Part shown: piece by piece, positions 63,834-64,000 of the stretch
How the letters are laid out: every line of letters begins with the position of its first letter
Numbering within the stretch: the first letter of the stretch is position 1
IMG/VR virus record: IMGVR_UViG_3300010354_000046
Location: 32,001-96,000 of that record
DNA length: 64,000 bases
Source: a virus
Direction: 5' to 3' (one strand)
The notes under the pieces: model-generated
Seen by the model: the letters and a program-made list of their open reading frames with translations, nothing else
Databases searched by the model: none
Told to the model about the DNA's origin: nothing
Made by a program: the position numbers and the translations under genes

Positions 63834-64000
63834 AAGTTGCAGTATTGGGCGTGGGCACAGCTGGAATTATGTCGCTGTGTCATGCATTACGATGGTTATG
63901 TCCAAAAGACAGTACTGTAACTTCAATATATGATCCCAAGTTTCCAATTTTAGGAATTGGAGAAACATCTCAACCTGGATTCCAAACTTTATTATTTGAG
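63830..64000 (+). CDS. halogenase-like flavoprotein, 3' truncated by window edge
   Basis: MKVAVLGVGTAG...PILGIGET. Confidence 0.75.
   Translation, partial: MKVAVLGVGTAGIMSLCHALRWLCPKDSTVTSIYDPKFPILGIGETSQPGFQTLLFE

Noticed and set aside
1-64000. Stop-codon reassignment, or a reverse-transcriptase system (DGR or retron)
   Set aside because: Core genes are full length in code 11 with all three stops in use, and no RT motifs or template/variable repeat pair were seen.

Overview
A 64-kb segment of a large T4-like myovirus genome, with no host housekeeping genes and standard genetic code. It has five parts. (1) 1-5.3 kb: small genes plus a repeat-rich non-coding stretch at about 4.4-4.95 kb that looks like an origin or genome end. 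(2) 5.45-16.1 kb: a visibly GC-richer, all-plus-strand early island of about 35 small genes and two tRNAs, driven by 17 near-consensus sigma70 promoters built as repeated cassettes. In several cassettes a palindrome with covarying arms encloses the -35 box, and 14 genes share an atypical GGAGCG ribosome-binding site. The island ends in a 135-nt structured RNA whose two hairpin loops (AUUCGCUCC) are complementary to that shared RBS. This candidate multi-target translational shut-off sRNA is the most interesting observation here. (3) 17-34.5 kb, minus strand: replication and recombination genes (gp41 helicase, primase, miniature DnaE, clamp-loader subunit, UvsW, UvsY, UvsX, gp32). (4) 34.6-52.3 kb: virion and packaging genes (putative internal proteins, gp17, gp16, gp4, tail tube, sheath, gp13, gp14, gp15) with TAAATA late promoters, many apparently leaderless. 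(5) 52.7-64 kb: a tailoring-enzyme cluster of flavin-dependent halogenase-like genes, 2OG-Fe(II) oxygenases, a GT9 glycosyltransferase and a carbamoyltransferase. All protein calls come from motif recognition by eye; no database searches were run.
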